Assembly: GCA_023481105.1 (NCBI GenBank) | Contig: JAMCWK010000110.1 | Location: 27,414-91,413, forward strand | Source: Acidobacteriota bacterium | Lineage (GTDB): Bacteria > Acidobacteriota > Terriglobia > Acidiferrales > UBA7541 | Length of the DNA stretch: 64,000 bases | Direction: 5' to 3' | In this document: positions 49,582-60,313 of the stretch, piece after piece | Numbering within the stretch: position 1 is the stretch's first letter | Layout: each line of letters opens with the position of its first letter | Translations under genes and position numbers: made by a program | The notes under the pieces: generated by a model | Seen by the model: the letters and a program-made list of their open reading frames with translations, nothing else | The model's database searches: none | Told to the model about the DNA's origin: nothing

Positions 49582-52500
49582 TCACCGCGGCAGCGGCAGC
49601 AGCAAGACGCGGTTGTTGGCCGCGTCGGAAACCACCGCCAGATTCGTCAGCGGATGAATGGCTACGGCAAACTGCGACGACCCGGCGATGCCGATGACGT
49701 CGCGCACGCGCCGCTGCACGAAGTCCAGCACAGAAATGGAACGGCTGGCCGTGTTCACTGTCACCAGCGTGCTGCTGGCGAAGTTGTAGGCCAGCGAAGT
49801 GGGATTAATTCCGACGCGCACGCTGCTCGGTTGCAGCGTGTTCGGATTCACCAGCGCCAAGATGTTCCCCAAACTGGCATTGCCGACAAACGTTTCCGTA
49901 ACCGGATCAAATACAACTCCGGTCGGAAGAGAAACGTTTGGCACGCGGCCGAGAATCGAAAGGCTGGTCAGGTTCACCACCGCCAGGTTGCCGGATGCCG
50001 CATGCGCCACTGCGGCATATTGGCGGTCGGGATCCACCGCCACTGCGACTGGCCGGGCATCCACGGACACCACGTTCACCGCGCCGCCCGCAGCGGCGTC
50101 AAATATGCTGATGGAATTTGAAGTGGCATTCGCTACCACAGCGTTCCCTGTGCGTTCGTCAATGGTGACACCAAGCGGTTCGGTGCCCACGGGCACGGTG
50201 ACGGTTACGGTCGGAGGCGACACAGTCAAATCCAAGATGGAAGCATTACTCGAGCCGCTATTGGTGACTACCGCGGTGTTCAGCCGCGAACTCACGGCCA
50301 CGGCTTGCGGGCTGGTCCCCACGTCCACGGAGGAGGAAATGGTCCCGGTGGCCAGGTCGATGAAGGAAACATTGTCACATCCCGGGTTGGTCACCACGGC
50401 CAGATTGCGTTCGGCGTCAATGGCCACGCCGCCGGGCGCCGGCGCTGTGCAGGTGGCCCCGCCTGCGCCCACCATGTCCACAGCTTGCACCACGAGGAGG
50501 TTCAGAACGTTGGAGGTTGCGCCGCCCGGGTCCAGCACATCCAAGACATAATTGTGCGGCCCGGCCAGAAGCGCGAAGGGGATGTTAACGGTAAGCTGGC
50601 GGTCTGTGACGCCGGCAGGCAGAGGCAACGGCACACCGTCCAAGCGCACGAGCGATCCTCCAACAAATCCTTTTCCAAAAAGTGTCAGGGGCAAATCCAC
50701 GCCGGAGGAGAGCGTAACTCCCGGCGCCAGTTGCCGTGGCAGCGGAAGGCTGATGGCGGAAACGTGCAGAGGACGGATTGCGCCGAGGTTAATTGCAGTG
50801 ACTGTGCCATCCGTCTCGTTGACCACCAAGGCGATGTTAGTGCCCGGGTCAATGGCCACGGCGCGCGGCCCCACGCCGACAGTCAACTTCGCCATGCGCG
50901 CAGGAGTCTCCGGGTCAATCACCGACGCCTCATTGGTGGAGGCGTTAATCGTGACGGCAATGTTCGTGTAAGGGTTGAAGGCGGCAGCCACAGCGCCCAG
51001 TTCGCTCAACGGGATATTTTTCACGGCCTGGTCGAACAGATTGAAAAGCGCCGGGCCGTTTGCTCCGGGGTCCACCAGGACGGCCTGCTGCGTGAAGGAA
51101 TTGATGGCAACGCCGCGAACGTTGGGCCCGATGGACGCAGTGGCGAGGAAGGGAGTGCTGACCGCAGTCCCTCCGCTGCTGGAAGCATTGGGCGCGCCGG
51201 TTTGCGTGTAAGTAAAAGTAGTGCTGGAGGGCACGGCGGCAATGCTGAACACCCCGTTGAAGCTCGCGTCGGCCATGCCGGAAATCAGCACCGCCTGGTT
51301 GAGCTGGAAGGCATGGCCGGCCGCCGTGGTGATGGTGGTGGAACCGGCGGCGCGGTTGGCGGACGAAATACTCGTCGCAGTGCGCAGGGCAAGGTCCACG
51401 ATAGAAATTGTGCCCACGCCTCCCGGCGTTGCCACCGCCCAATTCAGCCGCGGCTCCACGGTCACCTTCGGGTTGGCGCCTGTGGTGATGGTGGTGGTGC
51501 TGACAATGGCCGGCGGGGCAAGCGTGAGGTCCAGGATCTCCGCGTGCGTGGAATTCTGATTGACGACCAGCGCCATGCCGGTCAAGGGATTCGCCGCCAC
51601 GGAAAACGGCGCGCTGCTCACGTTGGCGGTGATGGTGGACGTCACGGCGCTGGTAGCAAGATCCACAATGGAAAGGCTCGGAGTTCCCGCGGCGCCCGGG
51701 CAGCCGGTGTTGTTGCCGCTGTTGACCACGACCGCCAGATTGCGCAACGCGTCCACAGCAACACTGGTCGGGTAATTGCCCACAGCAATCGGTGCGCCCA
51801 CCGTAGCCAGCGTGTTCACGTCAATCAGGGAAACCGTGTCCGAGCAGCGATTAGTGACCACGGCGATTCCCGTGGCTTCATTGATGGCAATCGCACCCGG
51901 CAAACTGCCCACGGCGATGGGCGGCCCGACTACGCTTGGCGCGGCCGACGGCCGTACCGCCAGGTTGGTGGCGGCGAACAACGCAGGATTGGAAATGTTG
52001 CGCACGGCGACGGGGAATAAGCCCGCCGTGCTCAGGTCCGCGGCAGACACTGTCACGCTGGCCTGGCGCCCTTCATTAGCAGTATTGACGGTCGTAGACC
52101 GCGTATTTCCGGCAAACTCGCCGGTAATCGAAGGGTTGGTGGAGGCGCCAAAGTAACCGCCGTTAACGTTGAAGGTCAGCGTACCGGAGCCTTGAGCCGC
52201 GCTGTCCGGAGCGGCACCCACCATGGCGGGACGCACGGAGACCACTGCCAGATTCAACGCCGTGGAGGTCGTGCCGTTCTGCCGCTGCACATCCAAAGCG
52301 AGCGTGCCTGTGGACGCCAGCAAGCTTGCATCGAGACGCGCACGGATGAGCGTGGAGCTGAATTGCGAGACGCTGGTGGGGTTCAGCGGCACGCCGTTCA
52401 CGCGCACAATGCTGGTCGAAAGGAAATTCGTGCCGGTCAGGTAAACATCTTGAAACACCACGCCTTGCGCCGCAGTCGTCGGACTAATGGCGGTCAGCGT

Positions 52501-54081
52501 CGGGTCGCCGGAAGTCTGCAAAGTGACAAGGACGGAGGTGGCCCGGGTGGGGTCCGCCGCGGACGTGGCTTTGACGGTCACGGAATTGGAGCTGCCCGTG
52601 GCCGTCCCGCCGCCGCTGGTAGCATTGACGCCGGTTTGCGAGTACGTGAACGTAGCGATAGACGGAGTAGAAAGGATGGTGAAGGTGCCGTTGAAACTCG
52701 AATCCGAAACTCCGGCGATGGTCACGCTCCCCCCAGGCAAGAAGCCGTGTGCGGCGGTGGTGGTGATGGTGACCACGGAGCCCGTGGTGATGGTCGCGGA
52801 GGACGAGCCGACCGCAGCCGTCCCGCCGTTGCTCGAAGCGTTCGGCCCGCTCTGCGAAAAAGTAAAAGCGGTGGTAGTGGTCACGGAAGCAATGGTGAAC
52901 GTGCCGTTGAAACTCACGTCGGGAACGCCGGAGATGGTGACGCTCTGGCCCGTGGCAAAGCCGTGCGCTGTGGTGGTCGTGATGGTGACCACGCCGGAGG
53001 ACCGCACGGCGCCCAGAGAGGAGCGCACCGCGCCGCTCGTGGCAATCGTTGCGGAGCTGGTGGTCGGAGGAGTGGCAGGAGCCGTGAACAGGCCGCTGGC
53101 GGTGATGGTCCCCACCGTGCTGTTTCCGCCGGCAATATTATTCACTGACCAGGTCACGCTGGTGTTGGAGGAACCCGTGACGCTGGCAATGAACTGCAGC
53201 GTCTCGCCGGTCCCCACGACGGCTTGCGCGGGCGTCACGCGCACATTGACTCCCGAACTCAGGTCCACAATGGCCGTGCCGCTGGCCGTGGAATCCGCCA
53301 CGCTAGTCGCCTTGATGGTCACCGCATAAGACGTCACCGTCCCGCCGCCGCTGGAGACATCGGTCCCGGTCTGCGCATAGGTGAAGGTGGTCGTGCTGGG
53401 CACGGTGCTGATGATGAAGGAGCCGTTAAAACTGGTATCGGTGACGCCCGAAACGATAATCAGTTGATTGACGACGAAGTTATGCGCGGCGGACGTGGTG
53501 ATGGTCACCACGTTGGCGGCGCGCGCGGCGCCGCTGCTCGTGATGGTTGCCGTCACAGGAGTAGGAAGCACATCCGGGGCCGTATACAAACCCGCGCTCG
53601 TGATCGTGCCCACCGAGGAGTTGCCGCCGGCCACATCATTCACCAGCCAGTTCACCGAAACGTTCGCTACCGTGCCTCCGCCGCTGGTCGCATCCGCGGC
53701 TGTCTGCGAAAAAGTAAATGTCGTGGAGGACGGGACGGAAACCACGGTAAACGTGCCGATAAACGTGGCGTCTGAGACTCCCGATATCGTGACCGAGTTG
53801 CCCACGGCAACGCCGTGCGCCGCGCTTGTGGTGATGGTTACGACGTTAGAGGCGCGCACCGCGCCATTGGTGGCAGCTATGGCTATTGTGCTGGCGCCGG
53901 TGACCGCAGCGGAGAATTGCTGCGTGCTGTTCAGCGTCACAATCGTGGCCGACGGGGAGACGGTGACCACCACCTTGCCGCTAGTTCCGCCGCCTGATCT
54001 CCCTCCGCTGCTGCAGCCGCTCGCCATCACCGCCAGCGCCAGTGCCGCCGGCAGCAAGAATCGGCTCGTCCATCGCCTCAT
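49582..54081 (-). CDS. Giant (1499 aa) predicted lipoprotein containing Ig-like and IPT/TIG-like domains, YVTN-type beta-propeller repeats and five copies of an unrecognised ~65-aa module
   Basis: GGAGGA precedes the ATG. Lipobox LAVMASG-C is present. Ig-like units: VTPAQAVVGTGETLQFIASVTGSSNTSVTWSVNNIAGGNSTVGTITASGLFTAP. IPT/TIG-like units: PTLTAISPTTAAQG...LTGTNF. YVTN-like blades: G..P.AVAV....N.AVV.N..S..VS..D. The ~65-aa modules are described in the findings. Confidence 0.8.
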   Translation of the reverse strand: MRRWTSRFLLPAALALAVMASGCSSGGRSGGGTSGKVVVTVSPSATIVTLNSTQQFSAAVTGASTIAIAATNGAVRASNVVTITTSAAHGVAVGNSVTISGVSDATFIGTFTVVSVPSSTTFTFSQTAADATSGGGTVANVSVNWLVNDVAGGNSSVGTITSAGLYTAPDVLPTPVTATITSSGAARAANVVTITTSAAHNFVVNQLIIVSGVTDTSFNGSFIISTVPSTTTFTYAQTGTDVSSGGGTVTSYAVTIKATSVADSTASGTAIVDLSSGVNVRVTPAQAVVGTGETLQFIASVTGSSNTSVTWSVNNIAGGNSTVGTITASGLFTAPATPPTTSSATIATSGAVRSSLGAVRSSGVVTITTTTAHGFATGQSVTISGVPDVSFNGTFTIASVTTTTAFTFSQSGPNASSNGGTAAVGSSSATITTGSVVTITTTAAHGFLPGGSVTIAGVSDSSFNGTFTILSTPSIATFTYSQTGVNATSGGGTATGSSNSVTVKATSAADPTRATSVLVTLQTSGDPTLTAISPTTAAQGVVFQDVYLTGTNFLSTSIVRVNGVPLNPTSVSQFSSTLIRARLDASLLASTGTLALDVQRQNGTTSTALNLAVVSVRPAMVGAAPDSAAQGSGTLTFNVNGGYFGASTNPSITGEFAGNTRSTTVNTANEGRQASVTVSAADLSTAGLFPVAVRNISNPALFAATNLAVRPSAAPSVVGPPIAVGSLPGAIAINEATGIAVVTNRCSDTVSLIDVNTLATVGAPIAVGNYPTSVAVDALRNLAVVVNSGNNTGCPGAAGTPSLSIVDLATSAVTSTITANVSSAPFSVAANPLTGMALVVNQNSTHAEILDLTLAPPAIVSTTTITTGANPKVTVEPRLNWAVATPGGVGTISIVDLALRTATSISSANRAAGSTTITTAAGHAFQLNQAVLISGMADASFNGVFSIAAVPSSTTFTYTQTGAPNASSSGGTAVSTPFLATASIGPNVRGVAINSFTQQAVLVDPGANGPALFNLFDQAVKNIPLSELGAVAAAFNPYTNIAVTINASTNEASVIDPETPARMAKLTVGVGPRAVAIDPGTNIALVVNETDGTVTAINLGAIRPLHVSAISLPLPRQLAPGVTLSSGVDLPLTLFGKGFVGGSLVRLDGVPLPLPAGVTDRQLTVNIPFALLAGPHNYVLDVLDPGGATSNVLNLLVVQAVDMVGAGGATCTAPAPGGVAIDAERNLAVVTNPGCDNVSFIDLATGTISSSVDVGTSPQAVAVSSRLNTAVVTNSGSSNASILDLTVSPPTVTVTVPVGTEPLGVTIDERTGNAVVANATSNSISIFDAAAGGAVNVVSVDARPVAVAVDPDRQYAAVAHAASGNLAVVNLTSLSILGRVPNVSLPTGVVFDPVTETFVGNASLGNILALVNPNTLQPSSVRVGINPTSLAYNFASSTLVTVNTASRSISVLDFVQRRVRDVIGIAGSSQFAVAIHPLTNLAVVSDAANNRVLLLPLPR
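51157..51369 (-). repeat. Fifth copy (R5) of the ~65-aa module, located between beta-propeller regions
   Basis: The sequence is ISSANRAAGSTTITTAAGHAFQLNQAVLISGMADASFNGVFSIAAVPSSTTFTYTQTGAPNASSSGGTAVS. Confidence 0.7.
52597..53874 (-). repeat. Four copies (R1-R4) of a ~65-aa protein module, VVTITT-x2-AHG-x5-VTISGV-x-D-x-SFNGTFT-x9-FT[FY]-SQT-x6-GGGT
   Basis: Read from the translation at aa ~70-139, 180-250, 350-423 and 428-495. Boundaries are approximate. Confidence 0.7.
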
Positions 54082-54158
54082 TGTAGATCCTCCAAACCTT
54101 TCATGAATCCTCTGCGCACCTGGCAGCCTGGCGGCCGAATCCGGCCGCGGCGAGGCCG

Positions 54159-57020
54159 CTAAAATGTGCGGCTCACGGTAAACCGGAACGTCTTCAGCGG
54201 CTCAAAAGGCCGGCCGCGGCCGATATCGCTTTGAACCATAGAATTCAACTGCGGAATAATCTGCGAAGCCAGCACGCCGGGGGGCAAAGATCTGCGCACA
54301 TCGTCGCTGAGGAAGTAAGCCCCTTGGGGCTCGAAAATACTTTCACTCATGCGCAGGAAATTGTAGGCCCAGTAGATGCGGAACGGCGCATTGACCACCG
54401 GCAATTGCACCACGAATTCCAGTCCCGCAGATGCGCGGAACTTGAAATTCGATCCCGACGCGATGTCCAGGCGGCCGTTAATCGTCGTGCCGGGAAACTG
54501 CTCGCGGAGCTTTTGGACGCCGACAGGGTCCAGTTGCAATTGGGATTTGCGCGCGATCCCGTTCAAGCCGGTGTCCACGAACAAGCTCATGCTCACCGGG
54601 CCGACCAGCGGGATGCGGTACTCGAGATTGGAGACCCACTGCGTGTCGCCGCCGGGGGTGGTGGCTACGTAATCGAGCACAGGAACCAGCAACTGGCGCA
54701 AGCTGGGGTTGCCCTGGGAATCGAGCTGCTGGGGATCGCGGAACAGGACCTGCACGTTCTTGGAGGTGGGCACGAAGGCCCACGGCGAAATCGAAAAGAA
54801 GTCGAAGCCGCGGATGCTGTCTTCCCCGCCGAGATAGAAACGATTAAACGGCGGGAGCGCGATACCTCCGAATCCGGTGACGAACGACGCCAACACGCGC
54901 ACGCCGATGACGTTCCGGCGTTTATTGACCGGGCGGAAGTATTTGCCTTCGAAAGTGTGCGAAATCGTGTTCACGTTGCCGCCGAGGAAGCCTCCTTCAT
55001 AGCTGAAGGAGTAGAAGAAGCTCCGGCCGCCGGTGGGGTTGATGGGGTTGTCAATCGTGTTGTGCGAAAGGGTCGGCGTGATCTTGCTGGAGCGAATGCC
55101 GCGCAGCGCGGAGGGCCCGGCGAGCTGGCGGAATTGCAAATTCTCGAAGAGCAAGCGGGAAGCGTCGCTGAATGCAGCGATGGTGCTGTCGGTATAGGAA
55201 TAGGTGAGCCCGGCGCGCGCAAAACCGAAGCGCCGCATGGGATAGCTGGCGAAGACGGAAAACCCTTTGCGGTTCTGGTTGTAGTTCTGAGCCCGCGCAG
55301 GATCCACTTGCACGGTCTGTCCCAGCAGGATGGAAGTTTCCCGGGCCTGGTTATAGCTGAAGCGGCTGTTGAAAAGCGTGAAGCCGGTGGAGATGGGCCG
55401 GTCAAACAAGTACGGTTCGGTGAAACCGAAAATAAAATTGCGCTGGCGGTCGCCGAAGTCGGCGGAAAACGTCAGAGTCTCGCCGAGACCCAGGAAATTG
55501 TTGGTCTGGTAGCTCAGGCCGATGAAGCTGCCAGCGATGCCGCTGATGCCGCCGGTAAGTCCGATGGATTGCTTGCCCTTCTCCTTCACCTTCAGGTTGA
55601 TGTCCACCGTGCCTTCTTTGATGTTGCGCTTGAGCTCGGCGTGTTCGGGCTTGATCTGCTCGAAGTAATCGAGCTGATTCAGGCGCAGCAGGCTGACCTC
55701 CCAGGCGCGATTGTTGAACAGGTCGCCCTCGTCGAGGAGCACTTCGCGGCGGATGACTTTGTCGCGGGTGGTCGTATTGCCGGAAAACTCGATGCGGCGG
55801 ACGAAGAATTGTTTTTGCTCGTCGAAGGCCAGCGTCAGGTTGATGGTCTTGTTCTGCGTGTCAATATCCGTGCGCGGCTCGGGAGTGAAATCAATGAAAC
55901 CAAATGCGCCGTAAAGCTTGCGGTACTCGTCCAGCGCCTTGCGCACTTTGTCCGTGGAAAAAATCTCGCCGGGCTTCATCGGAAACAAGTCCACCAGATA
56001 TTCGGTCTTGAAGTAGAGACCCTTGTCGGGATCGGGGCTGATGACAAACACTCTGCCGAGACGGAAGAGTTCGCCTTCCTGAATGGGAATGGTGATGTTG
56101 GTGCGCTTGCCGCGCTTGCGGCCAATGAACGGCCAGGGGCCGGGCAGTCCGCCGCGGTTCACATCCTCGGTTTCCGCGACGGGTTCTTTCACCAGCACCT
56201 GGAAATAACCGTTGTCCTGATAGAGGCCGCGGATGCCCACCTCGAGGTCTTCCGCCAGCTTGCGCCGGTCAAAGGTTTTGCTGAACACGTTCCACTCGAA
56301 CAGGTAGAGCGGAATGGCGTACGGACGGGAATTGCGCATGGCGCGAATAATTTTGCGATCGGAAAAGGCCGTGTTGCCTTCGATATTGATTTTGCCGACT
56401 TTGACCTTGGGGCCTTCCTCAACGTTAAAGGTAAGCTTGATGGCGTTGGTCTGAGCGATGCGCTCGTAGGTGGTATTGATGACGGCAAATTGCCTGCCTC
56501 GCTCGCTCAGCAGCTCTTTCAAGACGACCTCCGCGCGCTTGATGCGCGTGGGGTCGAACTGGCTTTCCACGGAGAGGCCGACTTTGCGTTCCTTGAAGCG
56601 CTCCAGGATTTCCGATTCCGTGACGGACTTGGCGCCCTTGTACTCGATGCGGCGGATGACCGGGCGCTCTTTCACGTAGAAAACGACGATGCGGCCATCT
56701 GCGCGGTCGGGGCTGGGCTCGACCTCGAGGCGAATATCTTCAAAGAACTGCGTATTCCAGAGCGCTTGAAAATCGCGGCGCAGCGACTCTTCGTTGTACA
56801 CATCGCCCTCACGCGAAAAAATGCGCGCTTTCAGGGTATCGCGCGGGATGCGGCGATTGCCGACGATTTCAATGCGCTGGATGACTGCCGGGGAAGACTG
56901 CTGGGCGAAAAGCGGAGGGGCTCCCGCCGCTCCAACACACAAGAGGAGCAGCGCGGCGGCCCAACGAAGACAGAGTTTTTTTATCGCGGCCGTCGTAAAA
57001 TTCAAGGCCGCTCCCCCCAA
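54159..57020 (-). CDS. bamA: Outer membrane protein assembly factor BamA
   Basis: 953 aa with a signal peptide. Has POTRA repeats (IQRIEIVGNRRIP..., VRRIEFSGNTTTRD) and a C-terminal Omp85 barrel ending in an aromatic residue (TVSRTF). The exact TTG start is uncertain. Confidence 0.9.
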   Translation of the reverse strand: MGGAALNFTTAAIKKLCLRWAAALLLLCVGAAGAPPLFAQQSSPAVIQRIEIVGNRRIPRDTLKARIFSREGDVYNEESLRRDFQALWNTQFFEDIRLEVEPSPDRADGRIVVFYVKERPVIRRIEYKGAKSVTESEILERFKERKVGLSVESQFDPTRIKRAEVVLKELLSERGRQFAVINTTYERIAQTNAIKLTFNVEEGPKVKVGKINIEGNTAFSDRKIIRAMRNSRPYAIPLYLFEWNVFSKTFDRRKLAEDLEVGIRGLYQDNGYFQVLVKEPVAETEDVNRGGLPGPWPFIGRKRGKRTNITIPIQEGELFRLGRVFVISPDPDKGLYFKTEYLVDLFPMKPGEIFSTDKVRKALDEYRKLYGAFGFIDFTPEPRTDIDTQNKTINLTLAFDEQKQFFVRRIEFSGNTTTRDKVIRREVLLDEGDLFNNRAWEVSLLRLNQLDYFEQIKPEHAELKRNIKEGTVDINLKVKEKGKQSIGLTGGISGIAGSFIGLSYQTNNFLGLGETLTFSADFGDRQRNFIFGFTEPYLFDRPISTGFTLFNSRFSYNQARETSILLGQTVQVDPARAQNYNQNRKGFSVFASYPMRRFGFARAGLTYSYTDSTIAAFSDASRLLFENLQFRQLAGPSALRGIRSSKITPTLSHNTIDNPINPTGGRSFFYSFSYEGGFLGGNVNTISHTFEGKYFRPVNKRRNVIGVRVLASFVTGFGGIALPPFNRFYLGGEDSIRGFDFFSISPWAFVPTSKNVQVLFRDPQQLDSQGNPSLRQLLVPVLDYVATTPGGDTQWVSNLEYRIPLVGPVSMSLFVDTGLNGIARKSQLQLDPVGVQKLREQFPGTTINGRLDIASGSNFKFRASAGLEFVVQLPVVNAPFRIYWAYNFLRMSESIFEPQGAYFLSDDVRRSLPPGVLASQIIPQLNSMVQSDIGRGRPFEPLKTFRFTVSRTF

Positions 57021-57082
57021 CCCAAGATATGTGCTCCTCGCCCGGTCAACCCCCGAAGACCAAGCTTGCGCGTGTAGGATTC

Positions 57083-59509
57083 TCAGTGCGCGACCGGGGT
57101 TGCTTCCAGGACCTGCCGGAAGCTGAGGCCCTCACCGGAAACGTACACCTCCAGCGTGGCTGGACGTTGCAAGCCACCCTGAATGAGCGTCTCGGAAAGC
57201 GGGTCCTCGACGTATTTCTGTAGCGCGCGCCGCAACGGACGCGCGCCGTAATTGCGGTCCCCGCAGGTTTTTTCCAGTATCCACTGGCGCGCTTCCGGCG
57301 TCAGCACGATCTGCACCTGGCGGTGGATCAGCGTGTCGTTGATTTGCCCCGCCAGCAAATCAATGATGCGCAGCATGTCTTCATCCACCAGCGGATTGAA
57401 AATGATGATTTCATCCAGGCGGTTGAGGAATTCCGGATTGAACAGCCGCTTCACTTCGCTCATCACCATGTCTTCCATCTTGGCGCTGGCGGTGTCTTCG
57501 GAGGCGGATTGAAATCCGAGCGCCGAGCGCTTCTGCAAGTGCCGCGCGCCGATGTTGGAGGTCATGGTGATGATGGAATTGCGGAAGTCCACCGTGTTGC
57601 CGATGCCGTCGGTCAACTGTCCGTCCTCAAAGACTTGCAGAAGAATATTGTACACATCCGGGTGCGCCTTTTCGATTTCGTCGAGCAGAATGACGGAATA
57701 CGGCGTGCGGCGGATGCGCTCGGTCAACTGGCCGCCTTCTTCGTAGCCCACATAGCCCGGAGGCGCGCCAATCAGTTTGGAGACGGAGTGCTTCTCCATG
57801 TATTCGGACATATCAAAACGGATCAGAGATTTTTCGCTACCGAAGAGGAACTCCGCCAGGCGGCGCGCGACCTCCGTCTTGCCCACGCCGGTGGGGCCAA
57901 GAAAGAGGAAGCAGCCGACGGGCCGCAGGGGCGATTTCAATCCGGCGCGGCTGCGGCGGATGGCGCGGGCCAGCGCGGTGATGGCTTTGTCCTGGCTGAT
58001 GACGCGCTTGTGCAGCTCCACCTCGATGCGCAGCAGTTTTTGCTGCTCGTCTTCCTTGATCGAAGTGACGGCCACGCCCGTCCAGCGCGCCACCACTTCT
58101 TCGATGTCCTCGCGCGTGACGATGCCCGTCGAGGAATCGTCCAGCTTCAGCTTTTCCCGCAACGCGCGCAGCAGTTCTTTTTCTTTGCGCTCTTCTTCCG
58201 AATAGAAACGCGCCTTCTCAAATTCGTGATTGGCGATGGCCGTTTCCATGCGGTGCGTGATGAACTTCACGCGTTTCTGGGCCTCGGTAATTTCTTCGGG
58301 CAGCATGGACTGGCGCAGCTTGACGCGCGCGCCGGCCTCGTCAATCAGGTCAATGGCCTTGTCGGGCAGAAAGCGATCTGGAATATAGCGGTTGGAGTGA
58401 TAGACGGCGTACTTGATGGCTTCGTCCGTGTAGCTGACGGCGTGGAATTTTTCGTAGCGCTCGCGCACGCCTTGCAAAACGCGGATGGCTTCCTCTTCGT
58501 TCGGCGCGGAAACTTTTACGGCCTGAAAGCGCCGCTCGAGGGAGCGGTCCTTCTCCACGGACTTACGGTACTCGGCGGGCGTGGTCGCGCCGATGCACTG
58601 AATCTCGCCGCGGCTCAGCGCCGGCTTCAGAATGTTGGCGGCGTCGAGCGAACCTTCTGCGGAGCCGGCGCCGACCAGCGTGTGCAGCTCGTCAATGAAG
58701 ACGATGGCGTTCTGGCTCTCCATCAATTCCTTCATGATGGTTTTCAGGCGCTCTTCGAACTGCCCGCGATATTTCGTGCCCGCGACGATCAGCGAAAGGT
58801 CCAGCGAAAGGATGCGCTTGTCGGCCAGGAACGGCGGCACGTCGCCGTCGGCGATGCGCTGGGCCAGGCCTTCGACGATGGCCGTTTTGCCCACGCCCGG
58901 CTCGCCGATAAGCACGGGATTGTTCTTCGTGCGGCGACAGAGAATTTGTACAACTCGCTCGAGTTCGCGGTCGCGCCCCACCAGCGGGTCGAGCTGGCTT
59001 TCCATGGCCGCCTGCGTGAGGTCGCGGCTGAACTCGCTAAGCAGCGATGTTTCCTTCGGACGGTTGACCGGAACTTTTTCGCTGCTGGAACGCGCCAGTT
59101 CCTCGCGCAGCGCGGAAAGCCGCAGGCCGCGCTCGTGGAGAATTTCCGCGCCAAAACATTTTTCTTCGCGCAGGATGCCCAGCAGAAGATGTTCGGTGCC
59201 GACGTGTTTGTGGCTGAGGCGCTCGGCCTCTTCGGAGGCGTGGTTCAAGATGCGCTTGCATTCCTGGCTGAGCGGAACTTCGACGGACGTGGAAATCCGC
59301 TCGCGGATGGTAATGCGCGATTCAATCTCTTTGCGGATGGATTCGATGGAACCGTGCGAGCGCAGGAAGCGATTGGCGAGGGCCTTATCTTCGCGAAGCA
59401 GGCCGAGCAGCAGATGCTCCGTCTCGATGAACGGGCTGCCATACTGGCTGGCCTCGTACCGGGCGAAGAAGATAACGCGCCGCGCTTTTTCCGTGTACTT
59501 CTCGAACAT
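57083..59509 (-). CDS. clpC: ATP-dependent Clp protease ATP-binding subunit ClpC-like (class I AAA+)
   Basis: Clp_N repeats ([13 protein letters not shown]; [13 protein letters not shown]). Two Walker A motifs (GEPGVGKT; GPTGVGKT). 808 aa. Confidence 0.9.
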   Translation of the reverse strand: MFEKYTEKARRVIFFARYEASQYGSPFIETEHLLLGLLREDKALANRFLRSHGSIESIRKEIESRITIRERISTSVEVPLSQECKRILNHASEEAERLSHKHVGTEHLLLGILREEKCFGAEILHERGLRLSALREELARSSSEKVPVNRPKETSLLSEFSRDLTQAAMESQLDPLVGRDRELERVVQILCRRTKNNPVLIGEPGVGKTAIVEGLAQRIADGDVPPFLADKRILSLDLSLIVAGTKYRGQFEERLKTIMKELMESQNAIVFIDELHTLVGAGSAEGSLDAANILKPALSRGEIQCIGATTPAEYRKSVEKDRSLERRFQAVKVSAPNEEEAIRVLQGVRERYEKFHAVSYTDEAIKYAVYHSNRYIPDRFLPDKAIDLIDEAGARVKLRQSMLPEEITEAQKRVKFITHRMETAIANHEFEKARFYSEEERKEKELLRALREKLKLDDSSTGIVTREDIEEVVARWTGVAVTSIKEDEQQKLLRIEVELHKRVISQDKAITALARAIRRSRAGLKSPLRPVGCFLFLGPTGVGKTEVARRLAEFLFGSEKSLIRFDMSEYMEKHSVSKLIGAPPGYVGYEEGGQLTERIRRTPYSVILLDEIEKAHPDVYNILLQVFEDGQLTDGIGNTVDFRNSIITMTSNIGARHLQKRSALGFQSASEDTASAKMEDMVMSEVKRLFNPEFLNRLDEIIIFNPLVDEDMLRIIDLLAGQINDTLIHRQVQIVLTPEARQWILEKTCGDRNYGARPLRRALQKYVEDPLSETLIQGGLQRPATLEVYVSGEGLSFRQVLEATPVAH

Positions 59510-59512
59510 AGG

Positions 59513-60313
59513 TTACCCGATCTCTCCCCTGACCTGCGCCCCGGGCCGTTCGGAGATGCTGGACGGCTCAAGGATGCCGTGCTCCAACTGCAAAACGCGG
59601 TGGCAGCGCCGTGCCAACGCCAGATTATGCGTGGCGAGGATGGAAGTCAGGCGGTGCAACCGATGCAGGCGCTGCATGAGTTCGAAAATGGCCTCTGCGT
59701 TCCCTTCGTCCAAATCTCCCGTCGGCTCATCGGCCAGCAGCAGCGCCGGACGGCCTACAAGAGCGCGTGCAAAAGCAACCCGCTGCTGCTCTCCGCCGGA
59801 CAATTCGCCGGCCAGGTGGTGTGCGCGGGCCGTAAGGCCCACCTCTTCGAGCCACTGGCGCGCGATCTGCATCGCCTCCGCTGCGGGAGTCCCGCGCAGC
59901 AGAAGCGGCATGGCCACATTCTCCGCCGCCGAAAAGTCCGGCAGCAAATGGTGCCGTTGCCAGACAAACGCCACACGGCGATTGCGATAGTCCGCGACTT
60001 CCGCGGCCGTCAGCGACTGAAGCGAATGCCCAGCGAAGTATATAGCACCGCTTGTTGGCGTGTCCAGCGCGGCCAGGAGATGCAGGAGCGTGCTTTTTCC
60101 AGATCCGGAAGGCCCGACGATAGCTACAAGCTCCCCTTCGTTCACGGAGAGATTCACGCCAGCCAGAACGGTGAGATCGGCGTCACCGGATCGGAAAACT
60201 TTGCGCAAATTCTCCGCGCGAATCACCGATTCGGCGGTAGCGGAGGCGGACGAATCGCTCGCGCTGCCCGATCGGGGCTTCTCCGTGGCCTTCATGGTTC
60301 CCTGCGCGGTCAT
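59513..60313 (-). CDS. lolD: Lipoprotein-releasing system ATP-binding protein LolD
   Basis: Walker [12 protein letters not shown], signature [15 protein letters not shown], Walker [16 protein letters not shown] 60313 has an AGGAAAG Shine-Dalgarno sequence. Alternative starts lie at 60352 (GTG) and 60295. Confidence 0.8.
   Translation of the reverse strand: MTAQGTMKATEKPRSGSASDSSASATAESVIRAENLRKVFRSGDADLTVLAGVNLSVNEGELVAIVGPSGSGKSTLLHLLAALDTPTSGAIYFAGHSLQSLTAAEVADYRNRRVAFVWQRHHLLPDFSAAENVAMPLLLRGTPAAEAMQIARQWLEEVGLTARAHHLAGELSGGEQQRVAFARALVGRPALLLADEPTGDLDEGNAEAIFELMQRLHRLHRLTSILATHNLALARRCHRVLQLEHGILEPSSISERPGAQVRGEIG

Noticed and set aside
54231-57077. 948-aa ORF on the plus strand
   Set aside because: It is antisense to bamA and has no recognisable motifs. 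It is a high-GC antisense artefact.
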